Virus record (IMG/VR): IMGVR_UViG_3300035192_000069
Strand: one strand, 5' to 3'
Origin: a virus
DNA length: 52,079 nucleotides
Part shown: positions 35,304 to 44,139 of the stretch, piece after piece
Layout: each line of letters starts with the position of its first letter
How positions within the stretch are numbered: the stretch's first letter is position 1
The notes under the pieces: generated by a model
Seen by the model: only the letters and a program-made list of their open reading frames with translations
Database searches by the model: none
What the model was told of the DNA's origin: nothing
Position numbers and translations under genes: made by a program

Positions 35304-35343
35304 TTCTTGTCCTCTCCTGACCAATGTCGGTCCGGTTATCTGT

Positions 35344-35748
35344 TCAAACCAGAAACAAACTGAAAACCAAACTCACAGTCTCGTAATCGGCATAGTCCAG
35401 GCTGTTCAGTCTGACGGGAGCGATTCCGAGAGTGTCCCCCATCATGGCCAGCGTTTTTGCGCTTGCATCGCCCTGCTTGTACTTGTCCATTGCTCGCAGG
35501 GCCGTTACCTTCGGACGTTTTGTGAATCGGACCTCTGGCAAGTCTTCATTCTGTGTTCTTACCGTCGGCCAGCCCTCTTCGTTCACAACGATATTTTCAC
35601 GCATTACGTGGTAGATAAACTGTTCTCTGCACGTGAAAATATCCGTCCGTTCGGATTCGTCCCTTGGTTTCTCCATGTCCAACCGTGCAACGGTTGCAAA
35701 TCGATTGAAATCTTCCTCTGCGATTTCTTTGCAAATTTTTTCAGTCAT
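35344..35748 (-). CDS. Tail assembly chaperone (Mu gp41 / P2 gpE position)
   Basis: 134 aa, acidic, located between the tube and tape measure genes. Confidence 0.6.
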   Translation of the reverse strand: MTEKICKEIAEEDFNRFATVARLDMEKPRDESERTDIFTCREQFIYHVMRENIVVNEEGWPTVRTQNEDLPEVRFTKRPKVTALRAMDKYKQGDASAKTLAMMGDTLGIAPVRLNSLDYADYETVSLVFSLFLV

Positions 35749-35760
35749 CTCAATGCCTTT

Positions 35761-35815
35761 CTAAAAGGTGCCCCGGCATACGGCGAGAAAGGCAAGTAAA
35801 ACGCCACCGGGACAC
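35761..35815 (-). terminator. Stem-loop attenuator or terminator after the tube gene
   Basis: On the minus strand: GTGTCCCGG...CCGGGGCAC (8 of 9 bp, ~30-nt loop) followed by CTTTTAG. Confidence 0.35.
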
Positions 35816-35825
35816 ATGATGCCTT

Positions 35826-36206
35826 TCACAGTTTCTTGATCATGCCACTTCCACCGGCGCTCAGCGTGACTGAGGCCGTCGCTGGGTTTGCCTCGATTGT
35901 TCCCGTAATGTTCCCGTTGCCAATGTAGTTGATACCGCCCGCATAGGTGATCACAACCTCGCCGCCTCCCTTCTTTTGGAAGTCAACTAGGTACTCATGA
36001 TCTCCATTCTCGATGTCGAACGTAAGCTTTACCGAAGAGATTGACCACGGGACAGGTGTCCGAAGTTCTCGGTGAGTAAAATTGCCGTTCATCTCGTGGG
36101 CAATCTCGATCCCGCCCATGACCACGGTAGGGTCCGAATCGACAGTTACCGGCAGCTCACGGCCGCCAAAGGAAACACTTTCAAGGGGTCCACCTGTTGC
36201 CGTCAT
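35826..36206 (-). CDS. Tail tube protein
   Basis: 126 aa directly after the sheath gene (ATGA overlap). Confidence 0.7.
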   Translation of the reverse strand: MTATGGPLESVSFGGRELPVTVDSDPTVVMGGIEIAHEMNGNFTHRELRTPVPWSISSVKLTFDIENGDHEYLVDFQKKGGGEVVITYAGGINYIGNGNITGTIEANPATASVTLSAGGSGMIKKL

Positions 36207-37693
36207 GATTGACCTCCGTAATTAAATCCAGACGCGAAATCGATTGAAATCACGTTGGCGTTGCCGGCCAGTTTGGCCACCATCTTGACATCGAGCCGTT
36301 TTGGATTTGTAAGGCCGATATCGGCGCTGCTGTTTTCTTTTGCGAAATCCGGATCGGCTATGATGGCGTCCAACGCCAGTACGTCGATGATTCGATAGAG
36401 AGCTGCCACCGCGTGCTTCGGTTTTCTTGCCTCGGGATTGGTTGATACCTGGTTGTTCGGAATCAACGGTTTCCCATCCCACTTGGAACCGTTGAACTCC
36501 AGGTCCAGCTCGTTGATGACCGTGCTCCGCTTCGCGAAGTCGACCACGTAGCGGAATCCCGGGGGCTCCTCCCCGGTCGGATGGTAGCAGGTCACGACAT
36601 CGCCGATCTGCACCACCCCGTCTTTCACCTGGACCGTGGAGCAGCCCATCTTGACCGCGGCATCGCGCTGTGCACTCGTCCACTGGTCGCCATCGGCCGC
36701 TGGGGTAAGCCAGGTGCACGGCAATGATCCATAGTCGTGAGCCGGGTTCTGGTTGTCCATCTTGGCGATCTCTCGCACCTGATCCGCAGCGATGACAAAC
36801 GGCAGGTCATGAGATCCTGAGTTTGTCAAAATAGCGTTGGTACGGTCCGTTTTTCTGGCGTCGGTGACGGCCGTGACCGCGCTCCATGATGCGTTGCAGC
36901 CGGTGAACACGCACAGTGGCTTGTGCACCTCGGGGTCGCGGCGGCCCTCGCCGAATAGCGCGAACTCGTCCAACTCGTCGCTGTCGGTGTAGTCGAGGGA
37001 GTTGATGGCGTGCGTCTCCCACGTATTGCCGACTTGCGCGAGCGCTGCCGAGATGTCCGGAGTTCCAGCGCCATTCGCTGGCTGAACAATGGTGAAAGAG
37101 GTCTCGGTGTCAATTGGAGACACCACCTCGACATAAACATTGTTCCCGCTGGCGCCCTCCCATTTGACCTCCAGGTTGCAAACTCCGGTTCCATCTGTTG
37201 CGGCAGCCGGCATACCAAGGATGGCGTTGATTGCAGCCACGATCTTTGTAGCTATCGTGGCATCGGTATCCGTGGACACGACAGAGAACTTGTCAGACAG
37301 AATGTTCCCAATCTTTACTTGATGCTCCTGTGTTTTCGTGAGCGTACCAGGAACAGGCGTGATTGACCCTGTGGCCTGAACCCCGCCCGTGGCAGGCTGA
37401 GCTAGAGGATATAGGGTTACCTCTATAGAACCAACTCCACCGCCATACTTAGGGAATAGCGATTGTACCATCAGATGGGCGGGCGACCCCCATCCCTCGA
37501 CCTCGCCGACTTCTTCGGCGGAGAATACCCTCCGCTTTGTCGTCGAATAAGTATTGGCCTCGTTCCCCTGGGCAAAAACGGGTATTCTTGTGGGTCGGTA
37601 TCGCGTGCCGGCCGCGCCGAGTACCTGATGGTACGATCTGATCGCGACCCCTCGGGCGACTCGGTCTGGAGGAAATGCATAGGTCATTGGCAT
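36203..37693 (-). CDS. Contractile tail sheath protein
   Basis: 496 aa, upstream of the tube gene, with a sheath-family pattern. Confidence 0.8.
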   Translation of the reverse strand: MPMTYAFPPDRVARGVAIRSYHQVLGAAGTRYRPTRIPVFAQGNEANTYSTTKRRVFSAEEVGEVEGWGSPAHLMVQSLFPKYGGGVGSIEVTLYPLAQPATGGVQATGSITPVPGTLTKTQEHQVKIGNILSDKFSVVSTDTDATIATKIVAAINAILGMPAAATDGTGVCNLEVKWEGASGNNVYVEVVSPIDTETSFTIVQPANGAGTPDISAALAQVGNTWETHAINSLDYTDSDELDEFALFGEGRRDPEVHKPLCVFTGCNASWSAVTAVTDARKTDRTNAILTNSGSHDLPFVIAADQVREIAKMDNQNPAHDYGSLPCTWLTPAADGDQWTSAQRDAAVKMGCSTVQVKDGVVQIGDVVTCYHPTGEEPPGFRYVVDFAKRSTVINELDLEFNGSKWDGKPLIPNNQVSTNPEARKPKHAVAALYRIIDVLALDAIIADPDFAKENSSADIGLTNPKRLDVKMVAKLAGNANVISIDFASGFNYGGQS

Positions 37694-37695
37694 TC

Positions 37696-39765
37696 TTACA
37701 CCTCGTATCTGAGCTCTGCGCGGACAAGGCCGTCAGGCTCGTGGTAGAGTTTGATATTGATGAGCTCCAGGGTCTCGGGCTCCTCGAGCTCCACAGTCTC
37801 ATTGTGGCGCACTTCCAATACAACCCGAAGCCCCATGACGTTCTGTGCCGCTGGATTACCCGACTGGGGTTGGAAAGCGGTTCGATTTGAAACCCAACGG
37901 TCCCATACTGGGTCACCGGCATTTGTGAATCCGAGTCGCCTGTACTTGGGGTGCATCAGGAACTTGCGTACAAATCGCCCGATCTTGTGGGCGAGCATTG
38001 CCGCGGATTCATCCCCGGGGGCGTGGCCATCGACTGTCTGTCTTGATGGCGCCCAAGCGTAGCAGTCAATATTGAATTGACTGGTAGTCGTCTGCCTCGT
38101 CGTGTTATTGGATGTCGATTTGTCGAATACATCCGAGTCGTACCAGACGTTGACGATTGGCGTCTTGTCCGCGCCGTCTCGGTAGAGCTCCCACGGATCG
38201 ATGCGCTCGGCGTAGACCAGGAATTTCCAGTCATTCGGATCGTATCCAGCAGCGGCCGCAAGGGCTTGCTGGGACGCCGTTTCGAGCGCCAAGATCTCGG
38301 CAATCCTGTCTCTGACAATCTCGAATCCATCCATGTCTGTCACCAATGGGATTATCCACTCTCGCGTAAATGGATACTCGGAAGCGCTCATTACCGATGC
38401 AGGCGACCATATCGCGGCACTCGCTTTGTTCTCTTGGGTCGCGGTGGCGTTCATCATCGACGCCGGCGAGTAAATGACTGCGGAAGCGTAGTTGAGGATT
38501 GCGTTGATGGCCACCGCGTGCGCGACGGACGCAGGGGAGCTGAAATCGGCCGTGGCGATGTTTTGCTGGGTCGCCGATGCGGATGCTTGCGAGGCTGGCG
38601 ACGAGATGTTCGCCGATGCAATGTTGACTGCGGCATTGGTCGCCGTAGCGCTGGCCTCGGATGCCGGCGAGAAAAAAGATGCTGACGCATCGTTTGCCTG
38701 AGTAGCGTTGGCGCTATATTCTGGTGCTGGCGAATAGACATCGCCTGATGCGATGTTAGCGCTCGACGCCGTTGCCGCTACCTTAGATGCCGGCGACAGG
38801 AAATCTGCTGACGCCTCATTTGCTTGGGTGGCGCCTGCACTGTGCTCCGATGCTGGTGAATAGGCTTCACCAGATGCGCTATTGACGCTCGTCGTCGAAG
38901 CCTCCGCCTCCGAGGCCGGAGAGAACACCGACACCGATGCTTGATTCGACTGTGTGCCGGTAGACGCCGATATCGACGCGGGGGATTGGATATTGCCCGT
39001 GCATGCATTTGTGGACGCGGACAGCGTGACCGCAAATCCGACAGAGTTTCTCTGGCCGCTATCTGTCGTTACAAAAGCATAGACGGTTCCTGCCGATAGA
39101 CCGCCCTGGACGACGGTGCCGGTGATGGTGTCGTCTACCCATGTGGATACCGTCTGCTCTACTTTGGTCGTGGCGGAATCGTAGTTGATGTTGTCGCAGA
39201 GCTCGAACTTCCCGCCACCTTGTGCCGTTTCGAAGTCCGATCCGGTACCTGATAGCGATCCTCCAGGTGTGATGGGGTTGCCCGAGTTGACACCGCTGAT
39301 CGATGGGGGAATATACCCCCATGCCTGCATTCCAACAGTATGCCCATAGGTGCTCGGAAGATTAATCGAAGGATCAGACGCCGCCCACGTAGAGTATGTC
39401 GCAGCGACATACCTCAGAGTGCCGCCAGCGCTGGAAGACAATGTACCGTTGGTATCGCAGTTGCCACCAAGCCAAACCTCGTCGTTCTGCGTGACGGCGA
39501 AATCGTCTATTGGAACTTCATTCCATGATGAACCTGCACATGCATACCCATCGTCATTGGATGCCAGAAGGTCACCGGGGTGATCGGATCCGTTGTCGAG
39601 ATGGGCGGCGACTTTGAGATTTCCGGATGAGATTGAATAATTTCGAATGTACTTTACAACGCCTGTGTACAGAACCGTGTACTTGTTCGCCCCATAGTAA
39701 TTGGGTAGCCTCGATGCGGTCGGCACCGAAGACCACTCGTTTCCTATGAGGCGTTGAATCGGCAT
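37696..39765 (-). CDS. Neck / tail-completion protein fused to jelly-roll, Ig-like (IPT/TIG-type) and SPAS-repeat fibre modules
   Basis: Start MPIQRL overlaps the upstream stop (TAATG). Residues 261-462 form about 9.5 repeats of 21 aa. The C-terminal 227 aa is a globular domain sitting just before the sheath gene. Confidence 0.6.
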   Translation of the reverse strand: MPIQRLIGNEWSSVPTASRLPNYYGANKYTVLYTGVVKYIRNYSISSGNLKVAAHLDNGSDHPGDLLASNDDGYACAGSSWNEVPIDDFAVTQNDEVWLGGNCDTNGTLSSSAGGTLRYVAATYSTWAASDPSINLPSTYGHTVGMQAWGYIPPSISGVNSGNPITPGGSLSGTGSDFETAQGGGKFELCDNINYDSATTKVEQTVSTWVDDTITGTVVQGGLSAGTVYAFVTTDSGQRNSVGFAVTLSASTNACTGNIQSPASISASTGTQSNQASVSVFSPASEAEASTTSVNSASGEAYSPASEHSAGATQANEASADFLSPASKVAATASSANIASGDVYSPAPEYSANATQANDASASFFSPASEASATATNAAVNIASANISSPASQASASATQQNIATADFSSPASVAHAVAINAILNYASAVIYSPASMMNATATQENKASAAIWSPASVMSASEYPFTREWIIPLVTDMDGFEIVRDRIAEILALETASQQALAAAAGYDPNDWKFLVYAERIDPWELYRDGADKTPIVNVWYDSDVFDKSTSNNTTRQTTTSQFNIDCYAWAPSRQTVDGHAPGDESAAMLAHKIGRFVRKFLMHPKYRRLGFTNAGDPVWDRWVSNRTAFQPQSGNPAAQNVMGLRVVLEVRHNETVELEEPETLELINIKLYHEPDGLVRAELRYEV
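38380..38985. repeat. Tandem coding repeat with a 63-bp unit and a 126-bp super-unit, about 9.5 copies
   Basis: SPAS starts fall at residues 261, 282, 303, 324, 345, 366, 389, 410, 433 and 454. The DNA blocks gatgccggcgagaaaaaagatgctgacgc and gatgccggcgacaggaaatctgctgacgc lie 126 bp apart. Confidence 0.85.
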
Positions 39766-40100
39766 TACGCAAGCATCGCTTTCAGTTGATTGATTTGGGT
39801 GACATTGTTCTGGCACCCAGAGCAGAGCTCTTCGTATGTCGTGTATCCAGCAGCCGCGCACGTCTCGCACCGATTGAAGTTGCGATTGGACAAATCCAGA
39901 ATGCGAGCAATCTCCTCAGCGAAGCGGGAGTCACTTGGATTTACCCAGATACCGCCCGTCTCTTCGCGCGAGCTCTCGTTGTTCTCGCTACAGAGCTGGA
40001 TACAGATCTTCCCGCGCCACTTCTCCCGGACAAACCATGGGACACTGGCCAGCTCGAATGTGTGTCCGACATCGAGCTTCTGATAGATGGACTTCATCAC
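39765..40100 (-). CDS. Hypothetical virion-module protein (Cys4 near the C-terminus)
   Basis: 111 aa; CETC...CSGC. Confidence 0.45.
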   Translation of the reverse strand: MMKSIYQKLDVGHTFELASVPWFVREKWRGKICIQLCSENNESSREETGGIWVNPSDSRFAEEIARILDLSNRNFNRCETCAAAGYTTYEELCSGCQNNVTQINQLKAMLA

Positions 40101-40106
40101 ACCTCC

Positions 40107-40532
40107 TTACGGTGTCGGATCGTAGGTTTCGCGCTGGGTGACCGTTGGGGCGGCGCTGAACGTAACCGGAATGTCCGTGGCGAGGGTCAATGAGGTCAAT
40201 TCGAATTCCTCACCAGAGCCCGTTGCTCCAACGGATCCTGTCTCTCGCACGTTGCCGTCCTTGTCGCATATGGCGACCTTCGCGACAGTGCCTGCGGCCG
40301 ATGGCAACTGCTGATAGCCAACCCATGACGCCTCGCCATCCGGTGGATTGAACGTGCTCACGGCATCAACAGCATCGGCGACGGCCTTGGTCGTATCGAG
40401 ATTGATGACCAATAGATCTGCGTCACCTGATGTCCGGTATCTCAGGGTTGGGTAGGTGCCCGATCCTGCATCAAAAAGCGCATTGCCGGCATTTCTCATG
40501 GCGTTGCGCATTGGCATGCTTAATGTGCTCAT
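40107..40532 (-). CDS. Conserved phage structural-module protein of unknown function
   Basis: 141 aa with the pattern TLRYRTSGDADLLVINL...SVGATGSGEEFELTS. Confidence 0.5.
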   Translation of the reverse strand: MSTLSMPMRNAMRNAGNALFDAGSGTYPTLRYRTSGDADLLVINLDTTKAVADAVDAVSTFNPPDGEASWVGYQQLPSAAGTVAKVAICDKDGNVRETGSVGATGSGEEFELTSLTLATDIPVTFSAAPTVTQRETYDPTP

Positions 40533-40535
40533 GCT

Positions 40536-40919
40536 TTATTCACTTTCGTACAGCTCCAAAAAGAGTGTATTCAGCCCGGCCCCGTTGTCCGGGTTGGATT
40601 TCGAGACCTTGAATTTCCCTGGAATGCCGTTGACATCGACGGTGTCCACCACCCATGGCCTGGAATCCTTGTCGGCAATACCTCGTATCACCTCGAAGCC
40701 AACGGCCAGCAGCTCGGAGATGAGCACGGAGATGGAGGATTGCCTCCCGGTCACGTACTGACCGGTCCCCGGGTCGATGGCGAGGTGGATGTCGTTTCCG
40801 AAAACTCGAAACGCATGGAAGGCGCCAGCGGGGCTCGTGATGGTACACAGATCCCCGCCGGTTTCTTCATCGTTCATGATCTCGATCAGGTCGAGATGCG
40901 CTTCATCTCGAAGGGACAT
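40536..40919 (-). CDS. Head-tail joining / head closure protein (FII/Gifsy-2-like pattern)
   Basis: 127 aa, two genes after the capsid gene. Confidence 0.5.
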   Translation of the reverse strand: MSLRDEAHLDLIEIMNDEETGGDLCTITSPAGAFHAFRVFGNDIHLAIDPGTGQYVTGRQSSISVLISELLAVGFEVIRGIADKDSRPWVVDTVDVNGIPGKFKVSKSNPDNGAGLNTLFLELYESE

Positions 40920-41228
40920 CTACTTCTTGGCCGCCTCCTTGAGCTTCAATTCGTAGTCGGCCTTGGTGACGACATCGCCTCGTTCAACAAGATCTCGAAA
41001 AATCGCATTGGAATTGCCACGGAAGCATTTTGGAGTAACTGCGCAACCAGCGTCTATGATACCTTTGAGGGTTCCACAAATCGAACGCCCCGGCGCGACC
41101 ACGTACTCGCTTTGTTTCGCGTCCGTCTTGTCATCTGGGTTTCGCATTACGTCGTCCTTCGACGCATCAATACCCGTGGCGGTATCGGTGACAGATTCAG
41201 GCGATGGCATATGTTTTGATTTACCCAT
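40920..41228 (-). CDS. Hypothetical head-module protein (lambda FI position)
   Basis: 102 aa directly downstream of the major capsid gene. Confidence 0.4.
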   Translation of the reverse strand: MGKSKHMPSPESVTDTATGIDASKDDVMRNPDDKTDAKQSEYVVAPGRSICGTLKGIIDAGCAVTPKCFRGNSNAIFRDLVERGDVVTKADYELKLKEAAKK

Positions 41229-41230
41229 GG

Positions 41231-42334
41231 CTAGAATCCTTTCGTGGTTAGGGTCCCGAATCGGTCAATCGTGATCGGTGCCAAAGCAATGCGGGTTCCT
41301 ACACCGAAATTGAACACCTCATAATCCTCAGAGAACCACATGTTGTAAGAAAGATCGGCAAGCTTATTTGGATCTGCCATTCGTCCGCCCTGTACCAGTC
41401 GAGCCGCCTCCTGGTTGATACCGAACTTGTTCAGTTTCCCGAACGTCGCATCAAGCCTCGGCTCGGCTTCACTGATCACCTTGTTGTCGGGCACGTATTT
41501 GGTAGCGGCTCCTGTCGACGGATCGTCATAGTACCCATCGTATGTGTACAGATCCACCTCGTGTCCACGCACCTTGAGTACACCCTTGAAGATGAAATCC
41601 GCGGGCAATCTCGGATGGATTGGATCTCGACTATCGTCCAGACGGTAGATTTCACCCGTGTACGAGCTGGACGCGCCGGCTTTGAATTGGTCCGTGTTTT
41701 TCATATCGTCAAAACACTTTGAATTCATAACGGAGCGCATGACCCTCTTTTTGCCATTGGTGGAAATCACATCATAGTGGTCCGCCATGTCAGTGAACGG
41801 AACCGCGGATCCAGTAGTCGTCCATGCCACCGATGCATTCGGAAAGTGTGTCGTTCTTGGCCCGAAGTCCTCAGTGAAAACCACCCCGTTCTCATCTGAT
41901 AAGGACACCGTGGCAGATAGAAGCACCTGAGAGCCGTAGAGCTCGATTGCCAGCTTGATCATTTGCTGGAGCTCCATCACTGTAGGGGCAACCTTTGTTC
42001 GGATTTGCTCCATGATCGCTGGATTTTCATAGATTGTTTTACCGATAGTGCGCCCCTGTATCACTTCATCAGCTCCGATTGTGAGCGCCTCCTTGTAGAC
42101 TGTCGGGACAATCTCCTTGATAGTGAAGCTCTTCAGCGAATTCTTTCGATATCCCACGCTGGGATCTCGAACGGGAAGCGCGATCTTGCGGGATGTCCGC
42201 ATCACATGGAACTCCACCTTCGTTTTGTTGTGGATTCCACCAACTGGAACCTTGAACAAGCTGGAAAGACCAGCCGGTCCCTCATCTGCCTCGATGAACG
42301 GTTCCAGCAATTGAATCGTATCAGAAACGGCCAT
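41231..42334 (-). CDS. Major capsid protein, lambda gpE-like
   Basis: 367 aa following the D-like decoration gene, in lambda head gene order. Confidence 0.8.
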   Translation of the reverse strand: MAVSDTIQLLEPFIEADEGPAGLSSLFKVPVGGIHNKTKVEFHVMRTSRKIALPVRDPSVGYRKNSLKSFTIKEIVPTVYKEALTIGADEVIQGRTIGKTIYENPAIMEQIRTKVAPTVMELQQMIKLAIELYGSQVLLSATVSLSDENGVVFTEDFGPRTTHFPNASVAWTTTGSAVPFTDMADHYDVISTNGKKRVMRSVMNSKCFDDMKNTDQFKAGASSSYTGEIYRLDDSRDPIHPRLPADFIFKGVLKVRGHEVDLYTYDGYYDDPSTGAATKYVPDNKVISEAEPRLDATFGKLNKFGINQEAARLVQGGRMADPNKLADLSYNMWFSEDYEVFNFGVGTRIALAPITIDRFGTLTTKGF

Positions 42335-42343
42335 TTTGCCCTC

Positions 42344-43030
42344 CTACCAGCTCTCTGTCCCGCCGAGGTCTCTTACTGCCTCGAACGTGATACCGCTGTT
42401 TTTGATGAGTTTGTCGAAGACGAGCGTATCAATTGCCGTGCTGTCATCGAGTTTCGAAAGTTTTGTCTTGTTCAAGTGACCACCTTTGATCACCCGGACA
42501 CTGAGATCGCCGCTTGCCGCGAACGTCAGCGAATGCGGCAGAACCGCTGTTGGCTCGTTCAGTCCGTTTGAGCCCGAGTCACTGTATGGTCCCATCTTCT
42601 TGGTGCTCGTGTTCCTGGCCAAAAGAGTTCCCTTTGGCCAAGTGGCGCTTTGGCCCGTTCCAGCAACGGCCGCATCCCATGTGAGCGTTGCGGTACTGGA
42701 GGCATCGATTGCGATGGAACTGCCAAGTCCCGTGGAGTCGGAGGTGATCTTCACATGTCCGGTGTCGACCTCTACAGAGCATCCGTCGAGCTGCGCATTG
42801 GCCTGTGCGGCAATAAGCGCGGCCGTGTTTGTCGTTCCAGCGAACGTGACCGTCTGGTTGGCGCCACCATCCACCGAGACAACAAGGGTCTTGGTGTCCT
42901 GATCCACTGTCTCGTTCGTTGCGGACGTGATACTCCCCGCTGTTCCTGTTAGGTCTGCTGTAACGAGCTCTGCTTCGTACTCGCATTTCCCCAGGATGAG
43001 ATCGTCTCTTGTTTCGTGAGTCGTAATCAT
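42344..43030 (-). CDS. Head decoration protein (gpD-like C-terminal part with an extra N-terminal/inserted domain)
   Basis: ATG overlaps the protease stop (ATGA). The C-terminus is WPKGTLLARNTSTKKMGPY...VIKGGHLNKTKL. Confidence 0.55.
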   Translation of the reverse strand: MITTHETRDDLILGKCEYEAELVTADLTGTAGSITSATNETVDQDTKTLVVSVDGGANQTVTFAGTTNTAALIAAQANAQLDGCSVEVDTGHVKITSDSTGLGSSIAIDASSTATLTWDAAVAGTGQSATWPKGTLLARNTSTKKMGPYSDSGSNGLNEPTAVLPHSLTFAASGDLSVRVIKGGHLNKTKLSKLDDSTAIDTLVFDKLIKNSGITFEAVRDLGGTESW

Positions 43031-44139
43031 TCCACCACCCATCCCTTGTGTTTGGCCAAAAAGGCTTGTCGGTCCTTCTCGTCCTGGCTGGCTGTCAATG
43101 CAGCGGCATCGCCAGCGGTGTTGATCTCGGGCGGGTTGTCGTCCTGGCGAGCCTGGATCATGTTGCGCTTCATAGCGGCTGACATGTGCTGCGCCTTCAC
43201 CATTTCGGTGATGCCATCTCCGTCCTTGATCGCCTTGTGAGCCGCCTCGACATCGCCGCTTCCTTCTGCGAGGATGAGGTGAGCACAGGCACGCTCGTGC
43301 TCCTCTTTGGAGCCCGCCTCTTTGCCCGCGTTGAAAACAGCGTCATACGTGGCCCGGTGCTCTTCCTTCAGTGTTTTCGGGTCCATCTTGTCTCCTATCT
43401 TTGCCGCCTTGGATTCGGCGGGCTGGTTGTTCATGATTCCGTCAATCATCTTCTTCTGGAGGGCGGTCCTGGCGGTCATTACGGCCCCTTGGCCGTAGTC
43501 TCGCTTGACTTTGTCGACAGTGGTCTTGCGGCCAGCTGCAATCATCTCTGCATACACCTCATAAAAGTCGTCGAGCTCCTCCTCGACAACCTTCTTCCCC
43601 TCTTCGGTGGTCACGTCCGGCCGCTTGTTCCTACTGTCCGAGTTGGTAATGTCGATGATTCTGTCGGACACGTACATCGCTGTTGCAATGCCGACACTTC
43701 CAACTGCCGAGACTTCGCTCTCGGCGATGATTTCATTGGTTTGTGACGCCAGCATGTAGGCCGCGGATGCGAGCGTGTCGCCGGCAATCGTCCTCGTCGG
43801 GACGCTTGCCGAAGCAATCGCCTTCATCGCGTCATACAGACCATCGACATACCCTCCAGGACTGTCGATTTCAAAATTAATTTGCTTGGCGCCCTTGTAT
43901 TGGGCCTCGGCTACGTCGGAAATGATCTCCGAGTAGACCGCGTAATCTTCTTCCCAATAGTCGAGCCAAGAGTTGCGCTTCGGATAGAGCGGCCCTTTTA
44001 TCTTAATGGTCGCAACCCCGTTCTTGACCTGCACAGGATCGCGATCTTTCGATTTTGCCTCCGGGAGGGGCTGCCCGACGACACTGGCGAACAGGTATGC
44101 AAGTCTCTCGACTTCGTCTTGGAGCATCAGTAGCTTCAT
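43027..44139 (-). CDS. S49 (SppA/ClpP-fold) prohead protease with a scaffold-like C-terminal half (lambda C/Nu3 type)
   Basis: The peptidase motifs are FEIDSPGGYVDG and TLASAAYMLASQ. The C-terminal ~150 aa are helical and charged. Confidence 0.8.
   Translation of the reverse strand: MKLLMLQDEVERLAYLFASVVGQPLPEAKSKDRDPVQVKNGVATIKIKGPLYPKRNSWLDYWEEDYAVYSEIISDVAEAQYKGAKQINFEIDSPGGYVDGLYDAMKAIASASVPTRTIAGDTLASAAYMLASQTNEIIAESEVSAVGSVGIATAMYVSDRIIDITNSDSRNKRPDVTTEEGKKVVEEELDDFYEVYAEMIAAGRKTTVDKVKRDYGQGAVMTARTALQKKMIDGIMNNQPAESKAAKIGDKMDPKTLKEEHRATYDAVFNAGKEAGSKEEHERACAHLILAEGSGDVEAAHKAIKDGDGITEMVKAQHMSAAMKRNMIQARQDDNPPEINTAGDAAALTASQDEKDRQAFLAKHKGWVVE

Noticed and set aside
36222-38741. Multiple Arg/Pro-rich ORFs on both strands inside the sheath gene and the SPAS-repeat gene
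   Set aside because: These are typical alternative-frame ORFs of GC-rich or repetitive coding DNA. Their composition (poly-R, P, S) is non-protein-like, and each lies wholly within a strong structural gene.
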